DNA of 63,652 nt, the filler included, from Eubacteriales bacterium (lineage in GTDB: Bacteria > Bacillota > Clostridia > Oscillospirales > CAG-382): the NCBI GenBank assembly GCA_045636665.1. It is 8 parts of 8 records of this genome, joined end to end, with 100 filler letters (N's around TTAATTAATTAA, not from the genome) between each part and the next. Parts side by side here need not be neighbours in the genome. Positions count along the whole stretch, not along the records: positions 1 to 2,153 come from JAZTXY010000001.1; positions 2,254 to 14,686 come from JAZTXY010000002.1; 6 more parts are not named here. One strand, given 5' to 3'. The position numbers were made by a program, and so were the translations under genes. This document shows, in pieces, positions 1 through 9,079 of this stretch (within the stretch, counting starts at the first letter, position 1; the number at the start of each line of letters is the position of its first letter). The notes under the pieces are model-generated. The model was given only the letters and a program-made list of their open reading frames with translations. It was not told the origin of the DNA and ran no database searches.

Positions 1-30
1 GTCTTCCTAAGACCGCTTGGCCTCCGACTT
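1..30 (-). other. MGI/BGI DNBSEQ sequencing adapter (artefact)
   Basis: GTCTTCCTAAGACCGCTTGGCCTCCGACTT is the reverse complement of the MGI adapter AAGTCGGAGGCCAAGCGGTCTTAGGAAGAC. Confidence 0.95.
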
Positions 31-399
31 CGCGAAAGAAAACGCGACGTTACAAAACAGCTTATATCGGAGCTCGGCGCAGGTGATAAGCCGATAATCG
101 AGGTATTTAACAAGTGTGATATCGCACTGCGCGATACACCCTATCCGAAGGATTCGATCGAAATCTCCGCAAAAAGCGGAATGGGCACCGACGAGCTTTT
201 GAAACGCCTTGACGAGCTTGTCGCAAGCGGAAAGAAAAAGCTTACGCTTCTTATTCCGCATACCGAGGGCGGAGCTGTTGCCGACGTTTACCGCCTCGCC
301 ACCGTTTTGACCTGCGATTACGTTGAGGAAGGCGCGTTGATAACCGCCGAATGCGACGCACGCGCGCAGGGTATGTTCGAAAGATATATAAAGAGATAA
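31..399 (+). CDS. hflX: GTPase HflX, C-terminal part (5' truncated)
   Basis: Frame 1 reads ...VTKQLISELGAGDKPIIEVFNKCD...ISAKSGMGTDELL..., giving the G4 (NKxD) and G5 (SAK) motifs, followed by an HflX-type C-terminal domain. Confidence 0.85.
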   Translation, partial: RERKRDVTKQLISELGAGDKPIIEVFNKCDIALRDTPYPKDSIEISAKSGMGTDELLKRLDELVASGKKKLTLLIPHTEGGAVADVYRLATVLTCDYVEEGALITAECDARAQGMFERYIKR

Positions 400-402
400 A
401 TC

Positions 403-446
403 AAAAGGACAGAATAGGCTTTTCAAAAGCCGTCTGTCCTTTTCTT
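403..446 (+). terminator. Intrinsic terminator after hflX
   Basis: AAAAGGACAGA...TCTGTCCTTTT inverted repeat with a T-rich tail. Confidence 0.7.
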
Positions 447-485
447 GTTGCGAAGCAAGGCTTTTTATTGATTGCAAAAAAGCAC

Positions 486-537
486 TTGACAAATCGGTCT
501 ACAATGTGTAGAATGAAATCGGTCTACAGCTTGTAGA
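486..537 (+). promoter_or_regulatory. Sigma-A promoter with two BlaI-family operator palindromes
   Basis: TTGACA(486)-N17-TAGAAT(509); TCTACA-N3-TGTAGA at 498-512 and 523-537. Confidence 0.85.
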
Positions 538-551
538 ACGGAGGATTTTTT

Positions 552-920
552 ATGTTTGACTATCAAATGGGCGGAGTAGAAACCCGCTTCGCTGAAATAA
601 TCTGGCAGAACGAGCCGATAAGCTCGACCGAGCTTGTAAAAATCTGCACGACCGAGTTCAATTGGAAAAAAAGCACGACCTATACCGTTTTAAAGCGCCT
701 TTGCGAGAAGGGCATCTTCAAAAACGAGCAGGGAAAGGTAAGCTCGGTAATCGGCAGGGAAGAATATTTTGCGCTCCGCAGTGAAAGGTTCGTCGAGGAT
801 AATTTCAGGGGCTCGTTGCCCGCGTTTATAGCCTCGTTTTCGAAAAAGCGTGAGTTCAGCCGCGACGAGATAGAGCAGATAAAAACGATGCTTGATGAAT
901 ATTCGGAGGGCGTGAAATGA
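552..920 (+). CDS. blaI: BlaI/MecI/CopY family transcriptional repressor
   Basis: 122 aa with EIIWQNEP, WKKSTTYTVLKRLCEKG and FVEDNFRGSLPAFIASF; GGAGG RBS. Confidence 0.93.
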   Translation: MFDYQMGGVETRFAEIIWQNEPISSTELVKICTTEFNWKKSTTYTVLKRLCEKGIFKNEQGKVSSVIGREEYFALRSERFVEDNFRGSLPAFIASFSKKREFSRDEIEQIKTMLDEYSEGVK

Positions 921-2153
921 GCGCGGTTTTCATAAAGCTCCTCAATATGAGCCTTACCGCCTCGGTTGTGGCGGTCGCGTTGCTTATTTTGAAGCTGATA
1001 TTTAAAAGACTTCCGAGATTCGTTTCGGTAATTCTTTGGTCGTTCGTCGCGATAAGGCTTGTTTTGCCGATAAGCATAGATAGCGCGTTTTCGCTTATCC
1101 CCTCGGGCGAGACCGTGCCCGAAAGCATAACCTCGTCGTCGATACCTCAGATAAATTCGAACATTTCGTTCGTCGATTCGGCAATAGACAGTATTCTTAT
1201 CGGTAATTTTTCGCACGCCGATACCGAAAGCGTAAGCGAGCTGCAGAGAATATTCGATATTGCGGGATATATCTGGCTTGTCGGATTTTCGTTGATGCTT
1301 TGCTATTTCGTTGTCAGTCATTTGTTGCTTGCTTCAAGACTTCGTGAGTCGATACCGCTTGAAAACGAAAAAAGAGTGTATTTATGCGACAATATCCCGT
1401 CGCCCTTTATATTCGGGTTTTTCAGACCGCACATTTATATCCCCTATTCTATCGACAGCGCGGATATCGAATGCGTTATCGCGCACGAAAGAGCCCATAT
1501 CGCGCGGAAGGACTTTATTTGGAAGCCTCTGGCGTTTTTGCTCCTTTCGGTTTATTGGTTCAATCCCGTGCTCTGGATTGCGAATATATCCTTTGCGCGT
1601 GATATCGAAATCGCGACCGACGAAAAGGTCATTAAGGAAAAGGGCGAAGCGATAAAGCTTCAATACAGCAAGGCGCTTCTTAATTGCTCGGGCGACCGCA
1701 GATTTATCACCGCCTGCCCGACCGCATTCGGAGAAAACGCCGTTAAGGGCCGCATAAAGGGCGTCCTTAACTACAAAAAGCCCGCGTTCTGGGCGATTGC
1801 ACTTTCGGTAATCGTAATCGCGGCTGTGCCGATATTCTTTCTCACAAACCCGACTCCCGAAGAAAGCGTTTCATTCCCGAGCAATGCGGAGGGTGAGGGC
1901 GTTTGCGATGCGACGGTTATCGATATTGCAAACGGCGAGCTTACCGTTTGCAGCATCGGATTCGTTCCGAGTAATGATAGCGGCGACGGACTTTTTAAGG
2001 TACCGATTACCCACGTCGAGGGCGATTTGAGCAAAATTACCGTCGGCAGACGAGTAAGAATAATTTACAGCGGTGAAACCGTCGACGGAAAAATACCCAT
2101 GCTTTCGCAAGTCGTTTCGGTTCATCTTTATGAAGAAGAGCTGCCGAAGCCCT
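917..2153 (+). CDS. M56 family (BlaR1/MecR1-like) membrane metallopeptidase, 3' truncated
   Basis: N-terminal TM helices, SPFIFGFFRPHIYIP, HExxH (HERAH), VYWFNP, DIEIATDE; ATGA overlap with blaI. Confidence 0.92.
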
Positions 2154-2253
2154 NNNNNNNNNNNNNNNNNNNNNNNNNNNNNNNNNNNNNNNNNNNNTTA
2201 ATTAATTAANNNNNNNNNNNNNNNNNNNNNNNNNNNNNNNNNNNNNNNNNNNN
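2154..2253. other. Artificial contig linker
   Basis: N44-TTAATTAATTAA-N44, with stops in all six frames. Confidence 0.98.
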
Positions 2254-2320
2254 CTCGCACCAAACGGCAACTCTCTGAAAGCCGAAACGGTTTTATCCCG
2301 TGTCCTCGTCTAAGCATTTA
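2254..2320 (-). ncRNA. T-box riboswitch leader, 5' part of Stem I (truncated by contig end)
   Basis: Minus strand AAATGCTTAGACGAGGAC...CAGAGAGTTGCCGTTTGGTGCGAG contains the AGAGA bulge and the GGUGnRA apical-loop motif; promoter TTGACA(2357)-N17-TAATAT with extended TG lies directly upstream. Confidence 0.72.
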
Positions 2321-2463
2321 TTGCTTGAATATTAGCATATTCTTTTGGGTTTGTCAAGGTTTTTTACAAAATCCGTTTTGACGTGTTAATTTGCTATTTA
2401 CTTTTGACATAAAAGCGTGTATAATTTATATGAATAACTATTTTACGGAAAGGATGCTTTGTT

Positions 2464-3090
2464 ATGAAGGAAATGACGGTAAAAAGAGTTGAAGTCGGTA
2501 TGCTTCATACAAACTGTTATATTCTTAAAAATCCCGACACTCGCGATGCGATAGTTATCGATCCGGGTGAAGATTTGACTGTCATTCAGGATGCGCTTCA
2601 CCGCGCCGACGCGGTTTGCCGTCTTATACTGCTCACCCACGGACATTTTGACCATATACTTGCCGTCGGTGACCTTCGCGGAATCAATATTCCCGTTGCC
2701 ATTCACGAAGCGGATGCGCATATGCTTACCGAACGCGATATGTTTTCGGCAATACTGCCTTACGATCCGCGACCCTTTGAACCTGCGGAATATACCTTTT
2801 CCAAAGAGGGTGAATATTCGATAGCGGGCTTTGATTTTTACGTCATCCCCACACCCGGACACACACCGGGCAGTGTTTGCTATGTTTTCGACGGTATGAT
2901 GTTTACGGGCGACACGCTTTTTAAGCAAAGCATCGGAAGAACCGATCTCGGCGGAAACGAAGCGCTTATGATGCGTTCTCTCCGCGCATTGCGCGATTTA
3001 CCGGGCGATTACGATATTTATCCCGGTCACGATTCGCCCACAACGCTCGACAACGAGCGAAGATATAACCCCTATCTTAAAAACGCATAA
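2464..3090 (+). CDS. MBL-fold metallo-hydrolase (glyoxalase II-like)
   Basis: THGHFDH, TPGHTPGS, FTGDTLF and PGH motifs. Confidence 0.93.
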   Translation: MKEMTVKRVEVGMLHTNCYILKNPDTRDAIVIDPGEDLTVIQDALHRADAVCRLILLTHGHFDHILAVGDLRGINIPVAIHEADAHMLTERDMFSAILPYDPRPFEPAEYTFSKEGEYSIAGFDFYVIPTPGHTPGSVCYVFDGMMFTGDTLFKQSIGRTDLGGNEALMMRSLRALRDLPGDYDIYPGHDSPTTLDNERRYNPYLKNA

Positions 3091-3119
3091 AACAATGGCA
3101 TAAACAAAAGGAGATCATT

Positions 3120-4838
3120 ATGAAAATTCTTTACGGAGCAGCACCCGAAAATTACAAAGTCGTTTGGGGACAGACCACAACCGAGTCGGTTGGTGAATTA
3201 CCCAAAGAGATAAAGCTTGTTGCAGGTAAAAACGATACCGCGGCATTTAACGCGGTTATTACTGCAGACGACCGTTATGCCCTTAACGTTTCCAATCAGC
3301 CTTGGTTCTCGCAGCACGCAAAGCGCAAGAACATCCGTCTTTCGGCGGAATTCCCCTTTGAAACCTCGCTTTATCACGTCGGCACCGTGCTTTGCGACGA
3401 TGCATACCGCCGCGGTGACGTTTTGCTTCACGACAACGTTGTCGAAGTGGATGACGACGAAGTGCTTGCGGTTTACTGCGAGGTTAAGGTTCCTGCAACT
3501 GCAGAAAAAGGTACATATAACGGCAAGATTAAGATTTTCGAAAACTACGGCTTCTCGAAGGAGGAATTCGTAGGTGAAATCAACGTTGAGCTTACCGTAT
3601 ACAACTTCGTTTTCCCCGAAAATAAGGATAACGGCTTCCACCTTGACCTTTGGCAGCATCCCTCCAACATCGCACGTCAGTATAACGTTGCGCTTTGGAG
3701 CGACGAGCATTTTGAGGTTTTGGAAAAATACACCAAGTCGCTTGGCGAACTGGGCGTAAAATGCGTTACTATTATGGTTTCCGAAATGGCTTGGAACGGT
3801 CAGGGCTGTCAGGCAGAAAAGCGCTTCAAGGCAAATCTTTTTGAATATTCGATGATTCCCGTTGTCCGCAAGGCAGACGGAAGCTTGGTATGCGATTACT
3901 CGATAATGCAAAGATATATCGACCTTTGCGCTAAATACGGTATTGACGAATGCATTTCGGTTTACGGTCTTGTAAACGTTTGGGATGCAAAGGTTTACGG
4001 CGGACGTACCGCCCCCGATTATCCCGACGGAATTCACGTTCGTGTATTCGACGAAGCAAGCGGCGCTTACGATTATCTCCGTACCGCAAAGGAATTGGAC
4101 GAATATATCAAGATGCTTGAAAACTATTTCAACGAAACCAAGCAGAACGATATTGTAAGAATCGCGGCTGACGAGCCCGCAGACGTTGTTGCATACCGCG
4201 CAAGTCTTGAGCATATCAAAGCGGTGGCTCCCTCCTTTAAATACAAAACCGCTATCAACCACGCGGAATTCGTTAACGAGTTCGGCAACGATATTTATGA
4301 TTTCGCGCCTTATATTTCGGCTATGTTCAGCGAATACGAAGCGCTTATGAACTTCCGCAAGGAAATGCCCGACAAACGCTTCCTTTACTACGTTTGTTGC
4401 TGTCCCGAGGTTCCCAACAGCTTTATCAGAAGCGAGCTTACCGACGGATACTACATCGGTATTCTTGCGGCTCTTGCGAAAATGGACGGATTTTTGCGTT
4501 GGAGCTACACCTGCTGGACAGACGAGCCCAACGTTGACCTCCGCTACGGACCCTTCCCCGTCGGCGACCTCGGTTACGTTTACCCCGCAAAGAACGGCGA
4601 GCCTCTCCTTTCGCTCCGTTGGAAGACTCTTTACCGCGGTATAAAATACTTTGTGCTTATTAAAGAAGCAGAAAAGCGCGGACTTGATGAAGCGCTCGAC
4701 AAGGCATACGGTGCCGTGCTTATCGAAAGAGATCTTAAGAAGCTTTACGGCGTTTGGGAAAGAGATAAGATTATGAGCATTTCCGCAGACGATTACCGTA
4801 ATTTCGCCGTTACACTTATGGAAGCGTTGGAGGCATAA
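3120..4838 (+). CDS. GH123-like / DUF4091 glycoside hydrolase (putative beta-N-acetylgalactosaminidase), cytoplasmic
   Basis: LDLWQHPSNIAR..V.LWSDEHF, adjacent acidic pair in IAADEP, DGFLRWSY, GD..YVYP and SLRW; no signal peptide. Confidence 0.75.
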   Translation: MKILYGAAPENYKVVWGQTTTESVGELPKEIKLVAGKNDTAAFNAVITADDRYALNVSNQPWFSQHAKRKNIRLSAEFPFETSLYHVGTVLCDDAYRRGDVLLHDNVVEVDDDEVLAVYCEVKVPATAEKGTYNGKIKIFENYGFSKEEFVGEINVELTVYNFVFPENKDNGFHLDLWQHPSNIARQYNVALWSDEHFEVLEKYTKSLGELGVKCVTIMVSEMAWNGQGCQAEKRFKANLFEYSMIPVVRKADGSLVCDYSIMQRYIDLCAKYGIDECISVYGLVNVWDAKVYGGRTAPDYPDGIHVRVFDEASGAYDYLRTAKELDEYIKMLENYFNETKQNDIVRIAADEPADVVAYRASLEHIKAVAPSFKYKTAINHAEFVNEFGNDIYDFAPYISAMFSEYEALMNFRKEMPDKRFLYYVCCCPEVPNSFIRSELTDGYYIGILAALAKMDGFLRWSYTCWTDEPNVDLRYGPFPVGDLGYVYPAKNGEPLLSLRWKTLYRGIKYFVLIKEAEKRGLDEALDKAYGAVLIERDLKKLYGVWERDKIMSISADDYRNFAVTLMEALEA

Positions 4839-4842
4839 ATTA

Positions 4843-5361
4843 ATGAACGAAACGATCAAAACTCTTACCGAGCGCAGAAGCATTCGCAAATACAGCGACA
4901 AACCCATAAGCAAGGAAGATTTGGATCTTATTCTAAAGGCGGGGGTTTACGCCCCCACCGGCAGAAACACGCGCGACACGCTCTTTCTTGTCGTTACGCA
5001 AAAGGAGCTTATAAGCCGTATGTCGAAAATGAACGCCGCCGTTATGGGCAGTGAAAACGATCCCTTTTACGGCGCGCCTGCGGTTATCGTTGTTTTTGCC
5101 GACAGAACACGCACAACAACGGTCGAAGACGGCTCGTGCGCGATGGCAAACCTTATGAACGCGGCATTTTCGTTGGGAATAGATTCCTGCTGGATACACC
5201 GCGCAAGAGAGGTTTTTGAATCTGTTGAAGGCAGAGAAATTGCAAGATCCTTTGGCATTCCCGATGAACATATCGGTATCGGAAACTGCATTCTCGGTTA
5301 CCGCGATTGCGAGCTTCCCACCCCCGTTGAACGCACACAACCCATAATTTTTGTTGATTAA
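4843..5361 (+). CDS. Nitroreductase family protein
   Basis: RRSIRKY, YAPTG, FYGAPAVI and NLMNAAFSLGIDSCWI. Confidence 0.92.
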   Translation: MNETIKTLTERRSIRKYSDKPISKEDLDLILKAGVYAPTGRNTRDTLFLVVTQKELISRMSKMNAAVMGSENDPFYGAPAVIVVFADRTRTTTVEDGSCAMANLMNAAFSLGIDSCWIHRAREVFESVEGREIARSFGIPDEHIGIGNCILGYRDCELPTPVERTQPIIFVD

Positions 5362-5376
5362 GTGAGGGCTCGGAAA

Positions 5377-8028
5377 ATGAAGCTTGTTCGTTTTCTTCGC
5401 ATCACTGCACTTATCTGCTCGTTTTCCTTGTTGCTTCCCTTTGCGGTTTCCTGCTCGAACGATACTGCCAACGAATCGAGCGAATCCGCTTCCGAAAGCG
5501 AAGCCTCGGCCGAGTCGCAAGAAAAGCAAACCGTTACGGTCGGCGAAAAGGAATTTGAGCTTGTCGGCATTAACCAAGGCTTGCACTCCAAAGGAGTTTA
5601 TGCCTTTACCCCCGATTACGAAAACAAGGTGACACCCAAAAGCGAAAAAGAATTTTTCGACGCAGTCGTTATCGACAATTCGGTGATTGCCGTTTATTCG
5701 AAAGGTCAGACCGCAATCATCCCAAGCGACGGGCTTGTTCTTCGGTTTTGCGAAATCGAGGATACCGTTTCGGTTGGCGATACTGTCGAAGCCGATTTCT
5801 GCAAAATAACCGCTACACCGCAAAAATACGTGCGCTTTGGCGATATAACAATCGAAATCGGGCACGAAAACGAAATTCGTGCCGATGAAGACACGGGCTG
5901 GCTTTACGATTCGCGTTGGTATTCGGCAACCACAACAAGCAACGTTTGGTGTACCGAAATTGCCATTAAGGACGGCAAAATCGTTGATATTAACCGCTCG
6001 GGCGATGATATCGGCAATATGCGAATCCCCAGCGGCGGTTACGTTTTGGCGGTCGGTCAGGGCTCTTCCTCCGAGCGCAAAACGAAAAATCTTAAGATTG
6101 GTGACGAAGCCGAAATATTTTTGAGCGAAAAGCTTTACGGCGTTAAAAGCTTTGGATATTCGGGTACAAACCGCACACGTCCCGATGACGGAATAGTCAT
6201 TTTCACCCGTGAAAAGCAAAACACAACGCCCATCGGCAACCATCTTACCGAGGTCGTTGTAGATAAAAACCAAAAAATTATCGGAGTGTACAGCGATTGC
6301 TCGGGTATGAACAAAATCCCCGAAGGCGGTTTTATTATTTCCGCGACGGGCAGCGGCGCAACCGCCATCGGCAAAGCCGCAAGAATAGGCGCGCGCGTTT
6401 TTGAAAAACGAGCGAGAGCGCTTGGTATGGCTTATACTCCCGAAGTTATTTTCGACGAGCTGAAAAATACGGCAAAAGCGCTTAAAAAGCAATACGATGA
6501 CCTTTACCTCGCGGTCGCTTTCGTCGATTTCAAAGCCGCTTCCGAAAAGCTTAAAGAAATCGATTTGGAAATCAAATCGGTCGAGGACAATAAAAACGAC
6601 GGCGAAACGCTTTTGCAGGCAATTGAGAAGCTTCAAACGCTTACGAAGGAAACCGAGCGCCTTCTTGTTCCCCAAATTACAGTGCAGGACAGAATGGCTT
6701 GGGTCACCTTGGGCGAATACAATTATGACAAAAGCATAATGCTTCACTACAAAACCCAAGAGGACGTCGACCACACGGTCGCTTATGCAAAGGGACTCGG
6801 ACTTAACACGCTTATCATCGATAATCTTGCCGCATCGTTTGCGATTTATGACAGCGAAATCGAAGGAATCGTTAAGCTTCCTCAGCTTGGCAAAGTCGAC
6901 CTTCTTGAAGCATTCAGCAAGGCGTGTAACGAGCAAGGCATCAGATTGATAATAATGGTCAACGCGTTTTCAAGCGGTCTTGACGGCGTGGCTTATCCCC
7001 AAAATCACTATATGTCGATTTACAAGGATAAATACCTTATTACCAACAAGGGTAGACACGTCGGTCCCGACGGATATATCACGCTTGACCCTGCCGATCC
7101 CGACGTTCAGGCATTCAACCTTGCGGTGCTTACCGAAATTTGCGAAAAATACGATATATACGGCGTGCAAGCCGATTATATGCGTTATCCCTTGCCTTGG
7201 TTTTACCAAGAGCATAATTACGAGGATTTCGGGTTCAACGAATCCTCTACGGCAGGATTTATTAAGAAATACGGCAAAAACCCCGCAACCTTAAAAATTA
7301 CCGATCCGCTTTGGGAAAAGTGGTGCGCTTGGAAGCGCGATATTATTTCCGACTATCAAAAGCGCTTTTACGAAACCGCAAAATCGGTCGATCCTAAGCT
7401 TAACGTGACCTTCACCTGCTTTGCCGATTACCGCGACAGACAGATATATACCTGTCAAGACGTCGAAAAGTGGGCTGAAAACGGATATGCCGATGCGATA
7501 TTCCCGATGATTTACGGCGATAACACCGAATATCAGCTCGATTACGTGCAAAAGAATCTTCCGATCGCCGAATCGACCGATATGGTCATCGGTGTCGGCA
7601 CTTATGTAAAAGCAACGCACGAATCGATGCAACAGCAGCTGTTTATGAATTACGACGTTGCGGTTGAAGGTGTTTCGGTATTCACTCTGCGCTATATTTC
7701 GATTTGCGGTTACGATTCGCTTTTCCGCAAGGCGTTTTCAAAGGAAGCGATACCGACCGATTCGGAGGACAGCATTCTTGTCCCTGCTTGTAAGGAAATG
7801 GTCGGCAACCGTTTGGATAACATCATCTTCGTTACCGAAGACGAAAAAATCGCAAACGATATTACCACGATAGCAAATAAGGTAAAAGCAATTGAAACCG
7901 ACGGTCTTTCGTTTGAGGATTATAAAAACCAATTAACCGAAATACGCGATGAATACATAAGCCTCGCAGGTGCGACAACGCACGAGAAAGCGGTATTTGT
8001 TCTGTTTGATTACATAATCGGTTTGTAA
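5377..8028 (+). CDS. Lipoprotein with repeated N-terminal domains and C-terminal GHL10 (YddW-like) glycoside hydrolase barrel
   Basis: Lipobox AVSC; LDPADPDVQ, YDIYGVQADYMRYP, QDVEKW and DAIFPMIY motifs. Confidence 0.8.
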   Translation: MKLVRFLRITALICSFSLLLPFAVSCSNDTANESSESASESEASAESQEKQTVTVGEKEFELVGINQGLHSKGVYAFTPDYENKVTPKSEKEFFDAVVIDNSVIAVYSKGQTAIIPSDGLVLRFCEIEDTVSVGDTVEADFCKITATPQKYVRFGDITIEIGHENEIRADEDTGWLYDSRWYSATTTSNVWCTEIAIKDGKIVDINRSGDDIGNMRIPSGGYVLAVGQGSSSERKTKNLKIGDEAEIFLSEKLYGVKSFGYSGTNRTRPDDGIVIFTREKQNTTPIGNHLTEVVVDKNQKIIGVYSDCSGMNKIPEGGFIISATGSGATAIGKAARIGARVFEKRARALGMAYTPEVIFDELKNTAKALKKQYDDLYLAVAFVDFKAASEKLKEIDLEIKSVEDNKNDGETLLQAIEKLQTLTKETERLLVPQITVQDRMAWVTLGEYNYDKSIMLHYKTQEDVDHTVAYAKGLGLNTLIIDNLAASFAIYDSEIEGIVKLPQLGKVDLLEAFSKACNEQGIRLIIMVNAFSSGLDGVAYPQNHYMSIYKDKYLITNKGRHVGPDGYITLDPADPDVQAFNLAVLTEICEKYDIYGVQADYMRYPLPWFYQEHNYEDFGFNESSTAGFIKKYGKNPATLKITDPLWEKWCAWKRDIISDYQKRFYETAKSVDPKLNVTFTCFADYRDRQIYTCQDVEKWAENGYADAIFPMIYGDNTEYQLDYVQKNLPIAESTDMVIGVGTYVKATHESMQQQLFMNYDVAVEGVSVFTLRYISICGYDSLFRKAFSKEAIPTDSEDSILVPACKEMVGNRLDNIIFVTEDEKIANDITTIANKVKAIETDGLSFEDYKNQLTEIRDEYISLAGATTHEKAVFVLFDYIIGL

Positions 8029-8031
8029 AAC

Positions 8032-8080
8032 AAAAAAACACTCGGCACACCGAATTGACGGCGCCGAGTGTTTTATTTTT
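8032..8080. terminator. Bidirectional terminator
   Basis: AAAACACTCGGC...GCCGAGTGTTTT between convergent genes. Confidence 0.8.
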
Positions 8081-8086
8081 GTTTTT

Positions 8087-9079
8087 TTAACGTTCCTCGC
8101 GGAAATAGTTAAGACCCAAAGCCGCAGGAAGTCCGCTTCTTCCGCGCTTGTTCTTTATCGAGGTAACAACAAGCACGATTGCGGTGATTATGAAAGGAAG
8201 CGCTTGATACAATTGCGTGGGAACCTCTGCAAGCCAACCCAACGCATCGGGGAATGCCAAAGCAAGGCTGCTGCCCGAAACGCGGAGCGTGTTGAAGAAG
8301 CCGAATACAAACGTACCGATTATCGCAACCGAAGGACTCCAGTTTGCGAAAATAACCAATGCGACGGCAATCCAACCGTAGCCGTTTATCCAACAGCTCG
8401 AGTTAAACGAGCCCGACATATTAAGGCCCATATAATAACCGCCGATACCCATTATACCGCATCCGATGCAGATATGAAGGTATTTGCTTCTTTTTACGTT
8501 AATGCCGACAGAGTCTGCCGCGGCAGGATTTTCACCGATAGCGCGCAAACGCAAGCCGAATTTAGTGTGCTTCAAATACCACCACATAAATATCGCAATG
8601 GCAATACCGACGTACACCAATACGTTGTGACTGAACAAGCCCTTACCGATTATCGGAATATCAGAAAGCAAGGGAATGCTTATGTCCGAAAAGCCCTCCT
8701 TAAGGCTTTCCGAAATGGTCGGCCAGCTTCCGCTTGCTCTCAATCCGTTGCCTACAAAGAAATATATACCCAAGCCGAAGGTGGTAAGCGTAAGACCGGT
8801 GATGTTTTGGTTTGCTTGAAGCGAAACGGTGAGCGCCGCAAACAGCAAGCCGAACAATGCGCCCGCAACAAACGCGGTAAGGATGCCGACGACCATACTG
8901 TTCGCATAACAGCCGCAGATATAACCGAATATTGCGCCGACCGCCATTGTGCCTTCGACACCGAGGTTAAGACTGCCCGATTTTTCGACAACTATCTCGC
9001 CGACAGTGCCGTAAAGCAAAGGGATGTTTAAAAGGACGATATTGTGGATAAACGATGTGATAACGCCAACCTTATCCAT
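8087..9079 (-). CDS. Nucleoside/sugar ABC transporter permease (BPD_transp_2)
   Basis: EKSGSLNLGVEG, GLRLRAIGENPAAADSVGINV and GYGWIAVALV. Confidence 0.92.
   Translation of the reverse strand: MDKVGVITSFIHNIVLLNIPLLYGTVGEIVVEKSGSLNLGVEGTMAVGAIFGYICGCYANSMVVGILTAFVAGALFGLLFAALTVSLQANQNITGLTLTTFGLGIYFFVGNGLRASGSWPTISESLKEGFSDISIPLLSDIPIIGKGLFSHNVLVYVGIAIAIFMWWYLKHTKFGLRLRAIGENPAAADSVGINVKRSKYLHICIGCGIMGIGGYYMGLNMSGSFNSSCWINGYGWIAVALVIFANWSPSVAIIGTFVFGFFNTLRVSGSSLALAFPDALGWLAEVPTQLYQALPFIITAIVLVVTSIKNKRGRSGLPAALGLNYFREER

Noticed and set aside
7..492. 161-aa minus-strand ORF
   Set aside because: It is antisense to hflX and ends in adapter sequence.
2145..2153. M56 protein ending in ...LPKP as the start of a KPIIY domain like that at 39623-40155
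   Set aside because: The next codon begins with T (not Ile or Val) and the contig ends, so there is no evidence.
2464..3090. Beta-lactamase controlled by the BlaI/M56 pair
   Set aside because: It is on a different contig, has no signal peptide and has glyoxalase II-like motifs.
3198..6936. Long minus-strand ORFs (571 and 667 aa)
   Set aside because: They are shadows of well-supported plus-strand genes and carry no motifs.
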